From a virus (Duplodnaviria > Caudoviricetes), in IMG/VR virus record IMGVR_UViG_3300028603_000021, positions 1 to 64,000 of that record: a stretch of DNA of 64,000 nt; one strand, given 5' to 3'. Numbering within the stretch: position 1 is the first letter of the stretch; every line of letters starts with the position of its first letter. A model generated the notes under the pieces. The model ran no database searches. It was given only the letters and a program-made list of their open reading frames with translations, and was not told the origin of the DNA. A program made the position numbers and the translations under genes. Of this stretch, positions 18,105 through 26,456 are shown piece after piece.

Positions 18105-19035
18105 GTGGCCTGAGACTAGAGCCGTAGCAGAAGGTCTTGGTAGGATTATGTATTCCCTACTTGTCCAGAGGATTTTGTCCCCTATCCTTCCAGCGCGGGT
18201 AGCTAACGGCCACCACTCGTATCGCATCGGTTTACTCGGCAGTCTACTCACCACGGAAGTCTTGCGAACTCCTTAGCAGGGGCTACCCTGCGCGTGGCTT
18301 TTGTGCTACCAAGAGCATGAGGCTTGCGACCTACACGCTCTCCCCGTCTGGCAGGGATTTTCGCACCTTACAACCTATGCGCCTAGAGACTTTTGCTTAA
18401 GTACCAAAACTTAGTTTGTTTGTGGACTGCGCGACAGGCTCTAGGTGTAGCTCCGTACCTTTGGGATACAGAATACTACCCGCCGTGCTACGTCTTTCGG
18501 ACGAGGCTCGTAAGACCACCCTCTCCGGGTAACCTTATCTTACTGGTGGAAGCAGCCGCAATGTTGAGCATTACCAGCCACCGATACCTTCCACTTGCGT
18601 CTGTTGCGGTTACCCGCTCACCGGAGTCTTTTTTCCGGCTTCACCGTCTCCTGAGCACTTGCCGTCAGAGAGTGAAGGTGCGTGGAGTGCGTGCTTTGAT
18701 GCCTGCGCATCCGAGTAATATGTCCTATTACTCGCTTAGTGCCCTTTCGGGTTTATGGCCGCACGCGGCCTTACTTCTAAAGTATAACCTACTTCTTTAT
18801 GAGTAGTATTAGAGAACCGGGTTTTGGAGGCCGGTACTTGCCGCTCTTGCTGTCTCGGATAGCGTGGAGCGGAACGCACGCACCATCACGGGCTAATTAT
18901 TAAAGTAACCCTTTACTAACGTATCCTTATCAGTTTATGCCAGTGCGAAAGGGTAAACACGAGCATGAACCTATCCCTTTTCTAAGACCCTAGTAGGAGT
19001 ATACGGGAGGAAGTGAAACCTGTTTCCCACATCGT
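18105..19035 (-). ncRNA. giant structured ncRNA (GOLLD-like candidate)
   Basis: ~930 nt without a credible ORF in a tRNA cluster; many long-range stems; GAAA/GCAA-capped hairpins on minus strand. Confidence 0.7.
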
Positions 19036-19040
19036 CGGGT

Positions 19041-19129
19041 TGGCTGATGGCAGAGGAATCGAACCTCTCTCGTAACGGCTTTCGCCCACGGGTTAACAGC
19101 CCGCCATAATCCCAGATTATTAGCCATCA
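19041..19129 (-). tRNA. atypical tRNA-Asn(GUU)
   Basis: CT-GTT-AA loop, GCCA end, 6-bp D stem, long variable arm. Confidence 0.75.
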
Positions 19130-19211
19130 ATGCGCTTACATCATTAGTTTACTGCATTCGAAATGAGACGTATGAGTTGCGTCAAGTCTTCACTTAATGT
19201 TATAATATTAT

Positions 19212-19958
19212 ATGTTTCGAATCACAGCATTAACGACAAGAGAAGATTTATTAGAATTTTTAACCGGTATAACTTCTTTCGAAAAAACCCAAGTTATCTG
19301 CTCTGGATGTAATCTTACACTATCCCGCACCAGAAAGTCAATACTTGGTTCTTTTACCAAGACAGGCTTGTTATTCTGCTCAGTAGCATGTAGGAACGAT
19401 TACTATGGAACCGCTCGGGTGTACCGGGATGTAACATGTGCTGAATGCGGAACCTCGTTCTCCAAGTCAGAGCGCGAAATGACTGGCGACAATGACTTCT
19501 GCTCACGAAGCTGCGCGGCGACGTTTAACAACCGCCTTTACCCAAAGCGTGAGAAGACTGCGGTCACTCACGACAAATGCGAATGCGGGAACGAAAAAAG
19601 AATTAACTCAAATTCGTGTAAAGAGTGCCATTACAAAAACCTAAGTTTAAACTCTCAATCCCCTGAAGAACGAACGGAGTCTACCAAGAAGGCGGTAGTC
19701 TCTTACAGGCAACGTATGAAACAACGTGCTATTGAGTACAAAGGGGGTAAATGCGTTGTGTGCGGATACAACCGTTGCATACGCTCATTGCAGTTTCACC
19801 ACCTTGACCCTTCGGAAAAGGACTTCAACCTTTCGGCTGTAACCCGTAAGTGGGAAAGGGTTAAGCCAGAGTTAGACAAATGTATTCTAGTGTGCGCTAA
19901 CTGTCATGGTGAAATTCATCAAGGGGTTAGAGATATACCGGAAATGTTCATGCCTTGA
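19212..19958 (+). CDS. HNH endonuclease with N-terminal Zn-finger repeats
   Basis: YKGGKCxxCGY..LQFHHLDP..K..KC.LVCANCH.E.H; FCSxxC motifs. Confidence 0.9.
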   Translation: MFRITALTTREDLLEFLTGITSFEKTQVICSGCNLTLSRTRKSILGSFTKTGLLFCSVACRNDYYGTARVYRDVTCAECGTSFSKSEREMTGDNDFCSRSCAATFNNRLYPKREKTAVTHDKCECGNEKRINSNSCKECHYKNLSLNSQSPEERTESTKKAVVSYRQRMKQRAIEYKGGKCVVCGYNRCIRSLQFHHLDPSEKDFNLSAVTRKWERVKPELDKCILVCANCHGEIHQGVRDIPEMFMP

Positions 19959-20040
19959 ATACTCTCCACGTCGGCACTAAGTCTACATTTGTCTAACTCT
20001 TCCATATAGCTCAAAGTTAAAATACTTTCTGTCAAGCATT

Positions 20041-20114
20041 TGGAGACGCCGACTGGATTCGAACCAGTGTTAGAGGGTTTGCAATCCTCTGCCTTACCAC
20101 TTGGCTACAACGTC
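20041..20114 (-). tRNA. tRNA-Cys(GCA)
   Basis: Cloverleaf, TT-GCA-AA, CCA. Confidence 0.9.
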
Positions 20115-20119
20115 GCGGT

Positions 20120-20145
20120 GAGCAGTTTTACTTCTTGCTCAGGAA
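20120..20145 (-). ncRNA. solo mini-pseudoknot unit (same family as 36732-37037)
   Basis: TTC-CTGAGCAA-GAA-GTAAAACT-GCTC. Confidence 0.65.
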
Positions 20146-20147
20146 CA

Positions 20148-20224
20148 TGGTAGGAGATGCTGGATTTGCACCAACGACCTTTCGTGTATCAGACGAATGC
20201 TCTAGCTAGCTGAGCTAATCTCCT
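20148..20224 (-). tRNA. tRNA-Ile(GAU)
   Basis: Cloverleaf, CT-GAT-AC, CCA. Confidence 0.9.
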
Positions 20225-20227
20225 ATG

Positions 20228-20330
20228 TGCAGGAGGGGTGGACTCGCACCACCCTCGGAATCACCAGCGACACGAGGAACTACCCTCGCAGGGGAGTTGA
20301 ACCCCAGACCGCGCACCTACGTGCTCCTGC
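20228..20330 (-). ncRNA. tRNA-like RNA with two T-arm-like hairpins
   Basis: GCAGGAG/CTCCTGC-A closure; GGGG-TTCAACT-CCCC and GTGG-TGCGAGT-CCAC. Confidence 0.55.
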
Positions 20331-20370
20331 TGGAGGATATTTATATACACGCCTCCTACCTGGCGCTGTA

Positions 20371-20456
20371 TGGGATATGCTGGACTCGAACCAGCGACTA
20401 CTCCTTTCGTCGGGGTGCGCCCTTGATGGAGCCTTCTGCCACTGAATTAATACCCC
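20371..20456 (-). ncRNA. tRNA-like RNA with 23-nt anticodon loop
   Basis: Normal acceptor, D and T arms; loop ATCAAGGGCGCACCCCGACGAAA. Confidence 0.7.
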
Positions 20457-20457
20457 A

Positions 20458-20532
20458 TGGAGCGGGGGGATGGACTTGAACCATCTTCCTATCGTTGGCA
20501 ACGATAAGTTTTACCCGTTAAACTAACCCCGC
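20458..20532 (-). tRNA. tRNA-Gly(GCC)
   Basis: Cloverleaf, TT-GCC-AA, CCA. Confidence 0.9.
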
Positions 20533-20577
20533 GTAAAGTGTATAGGTTCTGGTTAGCTAGTACAGAACCTATACGGT

Positions 20578-20652
20578 CGGCCTCTGGACGGGATTCGAAC
20601 CCGCGTTTCCGGGGTGCGCCCCCGGCGTGATTGTCCGTTACACTACAGAGTC
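20578..20652 (-). ncRNA. tRNA-like RNA with closed anticodon arm (CCGGGG-GCGCA-CCCCGG)
   Basis: Canonical T arm GCGGG-TTCGAAT-CCCGT; no U33; no CCA. Confidence 0.65.
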
Positions 20653-20829
20653 CTCGTCAATGACTGCCTTTACTATATCATCCGTCTTCTTACTTGTCAA
20701 GCCCTCCCTCAAGCGATCCGCAAAATCCGCCCCTAGAAGAGGACTCTCAACCTCTTCCGAAGCTCCACATGCAGGTCTCTTGAAGAATTCTTTCCTCAGT
20801 CTATCTTGTTCTAACTTATCTTGTTTCAT
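20638..20829 (-). CDS. hypothetical protein, stop inside tRNA-like RNA
   Basis: ATG directly after tRNA-Asp CCA. Confidence 0.55.
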   Translation of the reverse strand: MKQDKLEQDRLRKEFFKRPACGASEEVESPLLGADFADRLREGLTSKKTDDIVKAVIDEDSVV

Positions 20830-20831
20830 GT

Positions 20832-20907
20832 TGGCGGCTCCTAGGGGAATTGAACCCCTGTCTGCACGCTGACAACGTGCCATAATTAACCACTATACCA
20901 AAGAGCC
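20832..20907 (-). tRNA. tRNA-Asp(GUC)
   Basis: Cloverleaf, TT-GTC-AG, CCA. Confidence 0.9.
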
Positions 20908-20949
20908 AACAAGTCTGCCTTTAGTGGGGACAGACAAACCCAGCAGTAT

Positions 20950-21345
20950 CTAAGGAAGCAAATCGCGGATGATGAGGTCGCTTCGAGCTACCGTCAGAGA
21001 GGCGGATGATACGTCTTGTTGAGTCATGGTAGACGTTAGAATGTCTCCGTCATACTCATACTTAACATACACAACGCTGCCATCGTATCGTCCAGTCAGA
21101 CGGTCTCCTACGCTATCCACTAAATCCCAGCCCTCAGTATGGCCGACTACGCACCCTACTTGAGAACACCATGCCCACCTCTGAGTATTATAGTTTGCAG
21201 CGATTGCACCAGCATAGTACTGGCCGTTGAACAATGCGGTTCCTCCCCATACACCGAACGGCTGCACTACAACCGTAGTAGTGCAAGCCCCCAACAGAAA
21301 AACTAAAAACAACCCGATAATCCAACGCTTGATGATACTAATCAC
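20950..21345 (-). CDS. putative lipoprotein
   Basis: Basic N-terminus, hydrophobic core, LGAC lipobox. Confidence 0.7.
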   Translation of the reverse strand: MISIIKRWIIGLFLVFLLGACTTTVVVQPFGVWGGTALFNGQYYAGAIAANYNTQRWAWCSQVGCVVGHTEGWDLVDSVGDRLTGRYDGSVVYVKYEYDGDILTSTMTQQDVSSASLTVARSDLIIRDLLP

Positions 21346-21372
21346 GTCCTTTCTTTACAAGAGTAGTGTAGC

Positions 21373-21633
21373 TCAGGTTCTGCTGTTTGTCAAGAAGTAG
21401 AGAAGGATATCTTCTGCTTCTTCCGGATGGGTCTCCCCGTAAGTGTAAACAGTCTCGCCATAGGAGTCTACCTCGCAGACGGTGATTCTATCTGGAAAGA
21501 CCTCAAATTCTAGTTCTTCGTTCAAAAGGTTCTTCCACTCAAACCGTATCCTCTGTTCGGTTACTGATACCGACTGAGGAGGATTCTCCCTGAAGGCAGG
21601 TCGAAGAAGTAAAGCTATCGCTCTTTCTACCAT
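21373..21633 (-). CDS. hypothetical protein
   Basis: GAGG RBS. Confidence 0.65.
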   Translation of the reverse strand: MVERAIALLLRPAFRENPPQSVSVTEQRIRFEWKNLLNEELEFEVFPDRITVCEVDSYGETVYTYGETHPEEAEDILLYFLTNSRT

Positions 21634-21825
21634 CAGCTACCTCTCTTTCTTGACATCTCGTAAGCGAAGTCTTATGTTGCACAGACCAACACAACCGAAG
21701 GTTAGATCAAGGGTAGCATGAAAAAATCCCCTTGTCAAGAGGGATAAAAATAGACAGGTTTTTGTCATTCTCTTTCAGGCTAACTGTCATCCCTGAAATC
21801 AGCCGGGAATAAATACCCGGACGAC

Positions 21826-21901
21826 TGGTGGACGCGACAGGGTACCATCCTGCAACCTGCCGCTTGCAAGGCGGCTGCTCTCGCAGTTGAGCTACGCGCC
21901 C
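21826..21901 (-). tRNA. tRNA-Ala(UGC) with atypical T loop
   Basis: G3:U70, CT-TGC-AA, CCA; T loop ATGGTAC. Confidence 0.85.
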
Positions 21902-22010
21902 ATGAATAAGTTAGTCGGTTTCAAGGCTCGACCTAAGTTATCTCCCTCGGATAGTCCTTTCAGCCCGGATAACGTCCGTAGCTGCCGACTGGTTTAATAT
22001 TATAACACAT

Positions 22011-22243
22011 CAAGATGAGAAAGATAAGAGGCACCGACGCAATCTGGCCGATGCCCCGTAAGATAGCGGGGATGCTACCGATCTGGCAACATTCCCTAGG
22101 GAGGTGAGACACGCCGCCTAACAAAAGGCGACTTCCAAGGTTTCCCTCAGCAAGATAGGTGGGGGAGTTCGCATCTCCCCCCGCAAGATAGGTGGGGAGT
22201 CACCCGGGAGGAAAGGAGTCACACCCGTTTCCAACAAGATAAG
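22011..22243 (-). ncRNA. array of five hairpins with (C/T)TATCTT linkers
   Basis: Repeated aagata on plus strand; G-U pairs favour minus strand. Confidence 0.6.
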
Positions 22244-22257
22244 TATATCCTAGTTGA

Positions 22258-22467
22258 TTATGAGAGTGATGAGACTACTTCATCAAAGACAGAATCTGTA
22301 GTCACTACCTCAGAGACGTGGTGTATGTTAGCCGTACCATCGTTGAAGGCGATGCGAACACGGTCATCTGGAAAGACAAACGTAACCTTGCCGCCTCGGT
22401 ACACCTTCCAGTTCTCGTTGCTGTCACCCTCGTCGTGTACACTTACTCTATCGCCAACTTTAAACAT
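22258..22467 (-). CDS. small SH3/KOW-like protein
   Basis: MFKVGDRV; AAGGAG RBS. Confidence 0.7.
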   Translation of the reverse strand: MFKVGDRVSVHDEGDSNENWKVYRGGKVTFVFPDDRVRIAFNDGTANIHHVSEVVTTDSVFDEVVSSLS

Positions 22468-22485
22468 GCTTCTTCTCCTTTTTTG

Positions 22486-22560
22486 TGGAGCCTCGTACAA
22501 GACTTGAACTCGTGCTGTTACCTTACCAAGGTAGTGTTCTACCAGTTAAACTAACGAGGC
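22486..22560 (-). tRNA. tRNA-Thr(GGU)
   Basis: Cloverleaf, TT-GGT-AA, CCA. Confidence 0.9.
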
Positions 22561-22655
22561 TAGAACGGGACGGTTCTCGAAGTCTATCGGAACCTCTTCA
22601 CCGGTGAGTACTACGTGAACGTGGTCTCCTACTTGTATCATCTTATACCACGTCT

Positions 22656-23020
22656 ATATGAGAAATATTAGAAGATTGAGAAAAGCTCTCATAATCTTTC
22701 TGTCTCTCCCTTAGGGGAAAACGACACCAAAGTTCGATTAAAGCTCTGTAGTGCAGATTTCACTTTTTCTCATCTTCTCATAATCCGGCGGGGTTAACCA
22801 GGGTACCTGTGGTCTGTGCAGACAGCTCGACCAGGCGAACCTGCTTTTAGTGGGTGTAGCACCCTTTTCCAGTATATCTTACCTTGTCTACATGAGAATA
22901 TAGTTAGAAACATACCTGTTTTCTCTCATAAACCAAGAGAGAAGTTTGATCTCTCCCTTGGGGTAAAAGGGCTCCTCAGAGGCTGTAATGCAGATTCTTA
23001 TTTCTCTCATCTTCTCATAA
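22656..23020. repeat. two degenerate ~130-bp direct repeats rich in ATGAGAA/TTCTCAT
   Basis: tctctccctt.ggg.aaaa..ctgta.tgcagatt..ctcatcttctcataa at ~22656-22782 and ~22890-23020. Confidence 0.65.
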
Positions 23021-23022
23021 AA

Positions 23023-23499
23023 CTAGTTATGAAAGACCATCTTACCAGTAGTGACACCGAAATCATAGGCAACAGACTCGTCCGTGGTGGGAAAAAGGAT
23101 ATCCGCGGTCTTGGTATACCTAGGAGACATAGTATCCCAGACAACATACTGATCGAATACTTCTCCCCTGTCAGTATAAACAGTAACAGTCTTGCCACAT
23201 AAATGCTTTCTGCCGTTACTATCGAAGAAAAGGTCTCTAGAAACAGCTATCTGGTTAGGTCTGTTCGCCCCGCAGCTAGACACGTTGTGGTCTCCCTGTG
23301 TCTGTCTAGGTACCGGGTTATAAGCAGAAATCCTGTCTAGGACTACAAACTTTGGTTCTTCTACCTTCGGTTCTTCTAGCGGTTCTTCTAGCTTCTCTAC
23401 CCCCATAGTACCTGGGTAAGGTTGTGTCGGTACTTCTGGCCTCATGTTCAGCCCGACGAAAATCCCTACAGCAAGCACAAAAGCATACTTTAAGAGCAT
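23023..23499 (-). CDS. 3D-domain (MltA-like) cell-wall protein
   Basis: N-terminal TM; SAYNP..Q..IAVSRDL..VWDTM..ADI..A..FG. Confidence 0.8.
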   Translation of the reverse strand: MLLKYAFVLAVGIFVGLNMRPEVPTQPYPGTMGVEKLEEPLEEPKVEEPKFVVLDRISAYNPVPRQTQGDHNVSSCGANRPNQIAVSRDLFFDSNGRKHLCGKTVTVYTDRGEVFDQYVVWDTMSPRYTKTADILFPTTDESVAYDFGVTTGKMVFHN

Positions 23500-23849
23500 C
23501 TGCTGTGTTTATCCGCCAGGTTCTTCTTCCGAGGAACCCATCTGAGAGTATACTTCTCAGGCAGTAACTCTATAACTGTCTCTAGCAAAGGTCTCAGCTC
23601 CTTATCTCTTACCTTACTCTGTCCTGATATCGAAGATAACACCATCTTAGAGTCTCCTGCTATCTCTAGGTCTTCATCAAAGTCCTTAGATACCCTCAGA
23701 CCTGCGATAAGCCCTTCGTACTCGGCTACCATAGGACTAGTCACACCAGGAAGGTAGTCACCAGAAACTATAAATCCTTCCTTTGTAGACAGCAAGAACC
23801 CATAGCAAGCCTTTCCTCGCTGGTAGGAACCGTCAAAGTAAAGTTTCAT
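23490..23849 (-). CDS. ribonuclease HI-like protein
   Basis: YFDGS..AEYEGL..GDSK..WVPR..N..AD. Confidence 0.9.
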   Translation of the reverse strand: MKLYFDGSYQRGKACYGFLLSTKEGFIVSGDYLPGVTSPMVAEYEGLIAGLRVSKDFDEDLEIAGDSKMVLSSISGQSKVRDKELRPLLETVIELLPEKYTLRWVPRKKNLADKHSRCS

Positions 23850-24339
23850 CTCACTAAGAATATGAGTGCTAAGACTAGCACCAGCACTCCTGCTCCCATC
23901 CACAACCAAGGAACTGCCCTAGAAGCTGCGAAAGTAATCTTTTCTGCGAATGTTATCTTTCTGTTTCCCCATGTCATAGGTTTATTATACCCGATCGACC
24001 TGAACCGTGTCTAACCCACTTTCTGTCTCAGACCACTCTCCGAGCCTGTCGTAGCCTTTCTCCACTAAGTCCTTGTCTAGGCTGTCTCCTGCGTACCACC
24101 TGTCTACTAGCTTGTCTCCATCATATACCCTTACTACACCTTGCATAACCTCTACGCGAAGCACTTTTTCTCCTCCTTTCCTCCATCTTCGAGAAACCCC
24201 GTCCTGGACGGAATAACTCGATACCTCTCATGATTCTTTCCACAGCCTCTCAACAGCGTTCTAATACACTGTCTTACAAGCATCTTAACCCTCTTCTTTA
24301 TGAGTTATATGAGAGTCTTTCTCAGGGGGATTGCTGAAG

Positions 24340-24359
24340 TTATCCACAGGTTATCCACA
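24340..24359 (+). promoter_or_regulatory. tandem DnaA boxes
   Basis: TTATCCACA at 24340-24348 and 24351-24359. Confidence 0.75.
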
Positions 24360-24524
24360 GGGTAAACCACGCATCCTATAGGATAAAACCAAACTTGTCT
24401 AACTGTACTGTATCTATCCAGTTCACAGCCTGGATAGGTCTGACCTTCCAGGCTCTCACTTAGGTCTTGTCCATACGTTCCTACGGGATACATAGTCTAC
24501 CTTTCCTTCTTCTCCTGAACATGT

Positions 24525-24962
24525 TTAATTCCTTTCAGGGGGATTTTCGTACAGGGGAACGATAGTTTCCTCGTCGATGCCGTAGAAGCGCACAGCGGCG
24601 TCCAGGGAAAACCCTGCCGACCTCTCGCGTGGGCTTGCTCCTGCTGCCCACCTACCGTTGTCTAGCTTGTGGAAGAGGGATGTCTGCCTACCTGTACTTG
24701 CATAGAAGCCACTGGTTGTACTTGCATAGAAGACACTGGCTCCCCCTAGACGATCGATGGGTCTCTTCACAGGAAACTCCTCCAACACCACTAAAGAAGA
24801 TATGTGCCCCCTTCTTTCAGCCGTCTCTAGCACCGCAGGGCTGACCATAGTGGTGGTGACTGAAAAGTTGTCCTCACGTGACTCTCTCACGCCTACTGCT
24901 GGGGCTTCCTCACCGTTAAGGTATGTGCTCAGGTATGCAATTCTCTTGGCGTTCTTCAGCAT
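24525..24962 (-). CDS. hypothetical protein
   Basis: AGGAGG RBS; promoter. Confidence 0.75.
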   Translation of the reverse strand: MLKNAKRIAYLSTYLNGEEAPAVGVRESREDNFSVTTTMVSPAVLETAERRGHISSLVVLEEFPVKRPIDRLGGASVFYASTTSGFYASTGRQTSLFHKLDNGRWAAGASPRERSAGFSLDAAVRFYGIDEETIVPLYENPPERN

Positions 24963-25008
24963 AGCTCCTCCTTTTCTTTCTCTATCTTACAGCGGGGATT
25001 TCTGGCTG

Positions 25009-25650
25009 TCAACTCTCTTGTACGAACTCTACGGTCTGCCCTTCCTCTGTAGGGAGGATTACCGCAGTCAAGGGTCTTCCCTTCATGAACGCCGCAGTGT
25101 CGATAGCCAGAAGCTCCCTTGATACATATGGTCTGTCTAGGGGCGTGTGACCTATCACAGCCGTTCCATCAGTCCAGTTTTTCTTCACGAAAGACAGGTC
25201 GATCACGTTCACTATCCTCTGCCACATCAGGGTATCCTCGTCCAGCACCGAATCTGCTAACGCTCTGTCTACGCTGAAGCCAGCGTGGGAGAAGTAGTAA
25301 GTCTGAACGGGTGTCTCTACCACACGGTAATCTTCTAGACGGTACGTGAAAAACTCTTTGTAGTCGTAGATATGCTTGCCGTGCGCAGACAGGGAGTCTG
25401 CTGTAGCCACGCCGCCGTTCAGGAACCACATGCCCTTGTTCTCGAAGGGCATCACATCGTGGTTTCCTCTGAGAAGCGTATAGTCGGAGTCCATCAGAAG
25501 CTCTAGGACTTCGTAGCTCTTGTCTCCACGGTCTATGTAGTCTCCCAGGAAGATTATATCGGCATCACTGGGCAGCTTTTTCAGCAGGCGCGTCAGCTTG
25601 TCGTAGCTGCCGTGTACGTCACCTATCGCAACTAGTTTAGCAGCTCCCAC
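25009..25650 (-). CDS. Ser/Thr phosphatase-type metallophosphoesterase
   Basis: GDVHG, GDYIDRG, RGNHD, HAG, GHT, DT motifs. Confidence 0.9.
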   Translation of the reverse strand: MGAAKLVAIGDVHGSYDKLTRLLKKLPSDADIIFLGDYIDRGDKSYEVLELLMDSDYTLLRGNHDVMPFENKGMWFLNGGVATADSLSAHGKHIYDYKEFFTYRLEDYRVVETPVQTYYFSHAGFSVDRALADSVLDEDTLMWQRIVNVIDLSFVKKNWTDGTAVIGHTPLDRPYVSRELLAIDTAAFMKGRPLTAVILPTEEGQTVEFVQES

Positions 25651-26117
25651 AGTATCCTAACTCCTTCCACATATCCAGGCAACAGTTCTAGCCTCTCTAC
25701 CCCCGCCGCGTTCCCGCTCAACCGGATAAACGGAAAGTAGCTCTGTTGTTCTAGTGTAGGTACCCACATAGCACCTATCGCCTTATCATACTTCACCCTG
25801 TCGTCCATATCCCAGTAGTTAGGCGTCTCTACGCTTAGGGGGTTATGTGGCTCAAAAGCATTCCCCCCAGTTAACCCGTATACAACCCAGAACCACATAC
25901 CTAAAGCCTGTTGCTGCCTTTCGTGGTTCAGCTCTTCTCTGAGGAACATATCTCTGTACTCATCCGTTGTAAGCACATCCGGGCTGTACAGCACTATACC
26001 AGGCAAGGAAACTCCCAAAACAAAATCATTCGGTATACCCACCACCGGAGATACGTTCAGCTGCCAAGAACCATCCATAGGCAAGGACAATGATATAGTT
26101 AATGCTAACAACATCAT
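25632..26117 (-). CDS. hypothetical exported protein
   Basis: Hydrophobic N-terminus; EELNH..QQ degenerate zincin-like motif. Confidence 0.65.
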   Translation of the reverse strand: MMLLALTISLSLPMDGSWQLNVSPVVGIPNDFVLGVSLPGIVLYSPDVLTTDEYRDMFLREELNHERQQQALGMWFWVVYGLTGGNAFEPHNPLSVETPNYWDMDDRVKYDKAIGAMWVPTLEQQSYFPFIRLSGNAAGVERLELLPGYVEGVRILWELLN

Positions 26118-26120
26118 GGC

Positions 26121-26456
26121 TTATGATAATCTTTTTCCGTAAGCACTAAGTACCTCCACTAACTTATCGTATTTTGCTTTGTCTCTATAGGGGGATTTTC
26201 TAGGGTGCTCCGTCAGGTAGCTGAGCGGGTGTAGAAAGTCCTTACACTCTACGCTATCTCCCAGGAGCGGGTCTGAGGGAATCTGCTGCTGCGCGACTAA
26301 TGTCGTGTAGTTATACGCAGCAAGGGAGGCGTCGTCAAAGAATCTCACTATCTGAGGGATTTCTACGTAGAAAAGCCATGCGGTGTGTGCTACGGACAGA
26401 ACTGCCCACAACGATATCCCCACTAGAAATATGTTAACCACTGTATCATCTATCAT
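26121..26456 (-). CDS. membrane protein (tandem paralog)
   Basis: TM plus DP.LG...C..DF..P..Y.DK.KYD shared with 26446-26766. Confidence 0.75.
   Translation of the reverse strand: MIDDTVVNIFLVGISLWAVLSVAHTAWLFYVEIPQIVRFFDDASLAAYNYTTLVAQQQIPSDPLLGDSVECKDFLHPLSYLTEHPRKSPYRDKAKYDKLVEVLSAYGKRLS

Noticed and set aside
18393-18806. 137-aa plus-strand ORF
   Set aside because: No RBS or motif; antisense to the structured RNA.
21914-21991. Hammerhead ribozyme
   Set aside because: CTGAAAGGA does not match the CUGANGA core and the stems are not arranged correctly.
22011-22243. CRISPR mini-array
   Set aside because: Repeats are only 6-14 nt, spacing is irregular, spacers are hairpins, and no cas genes are present.
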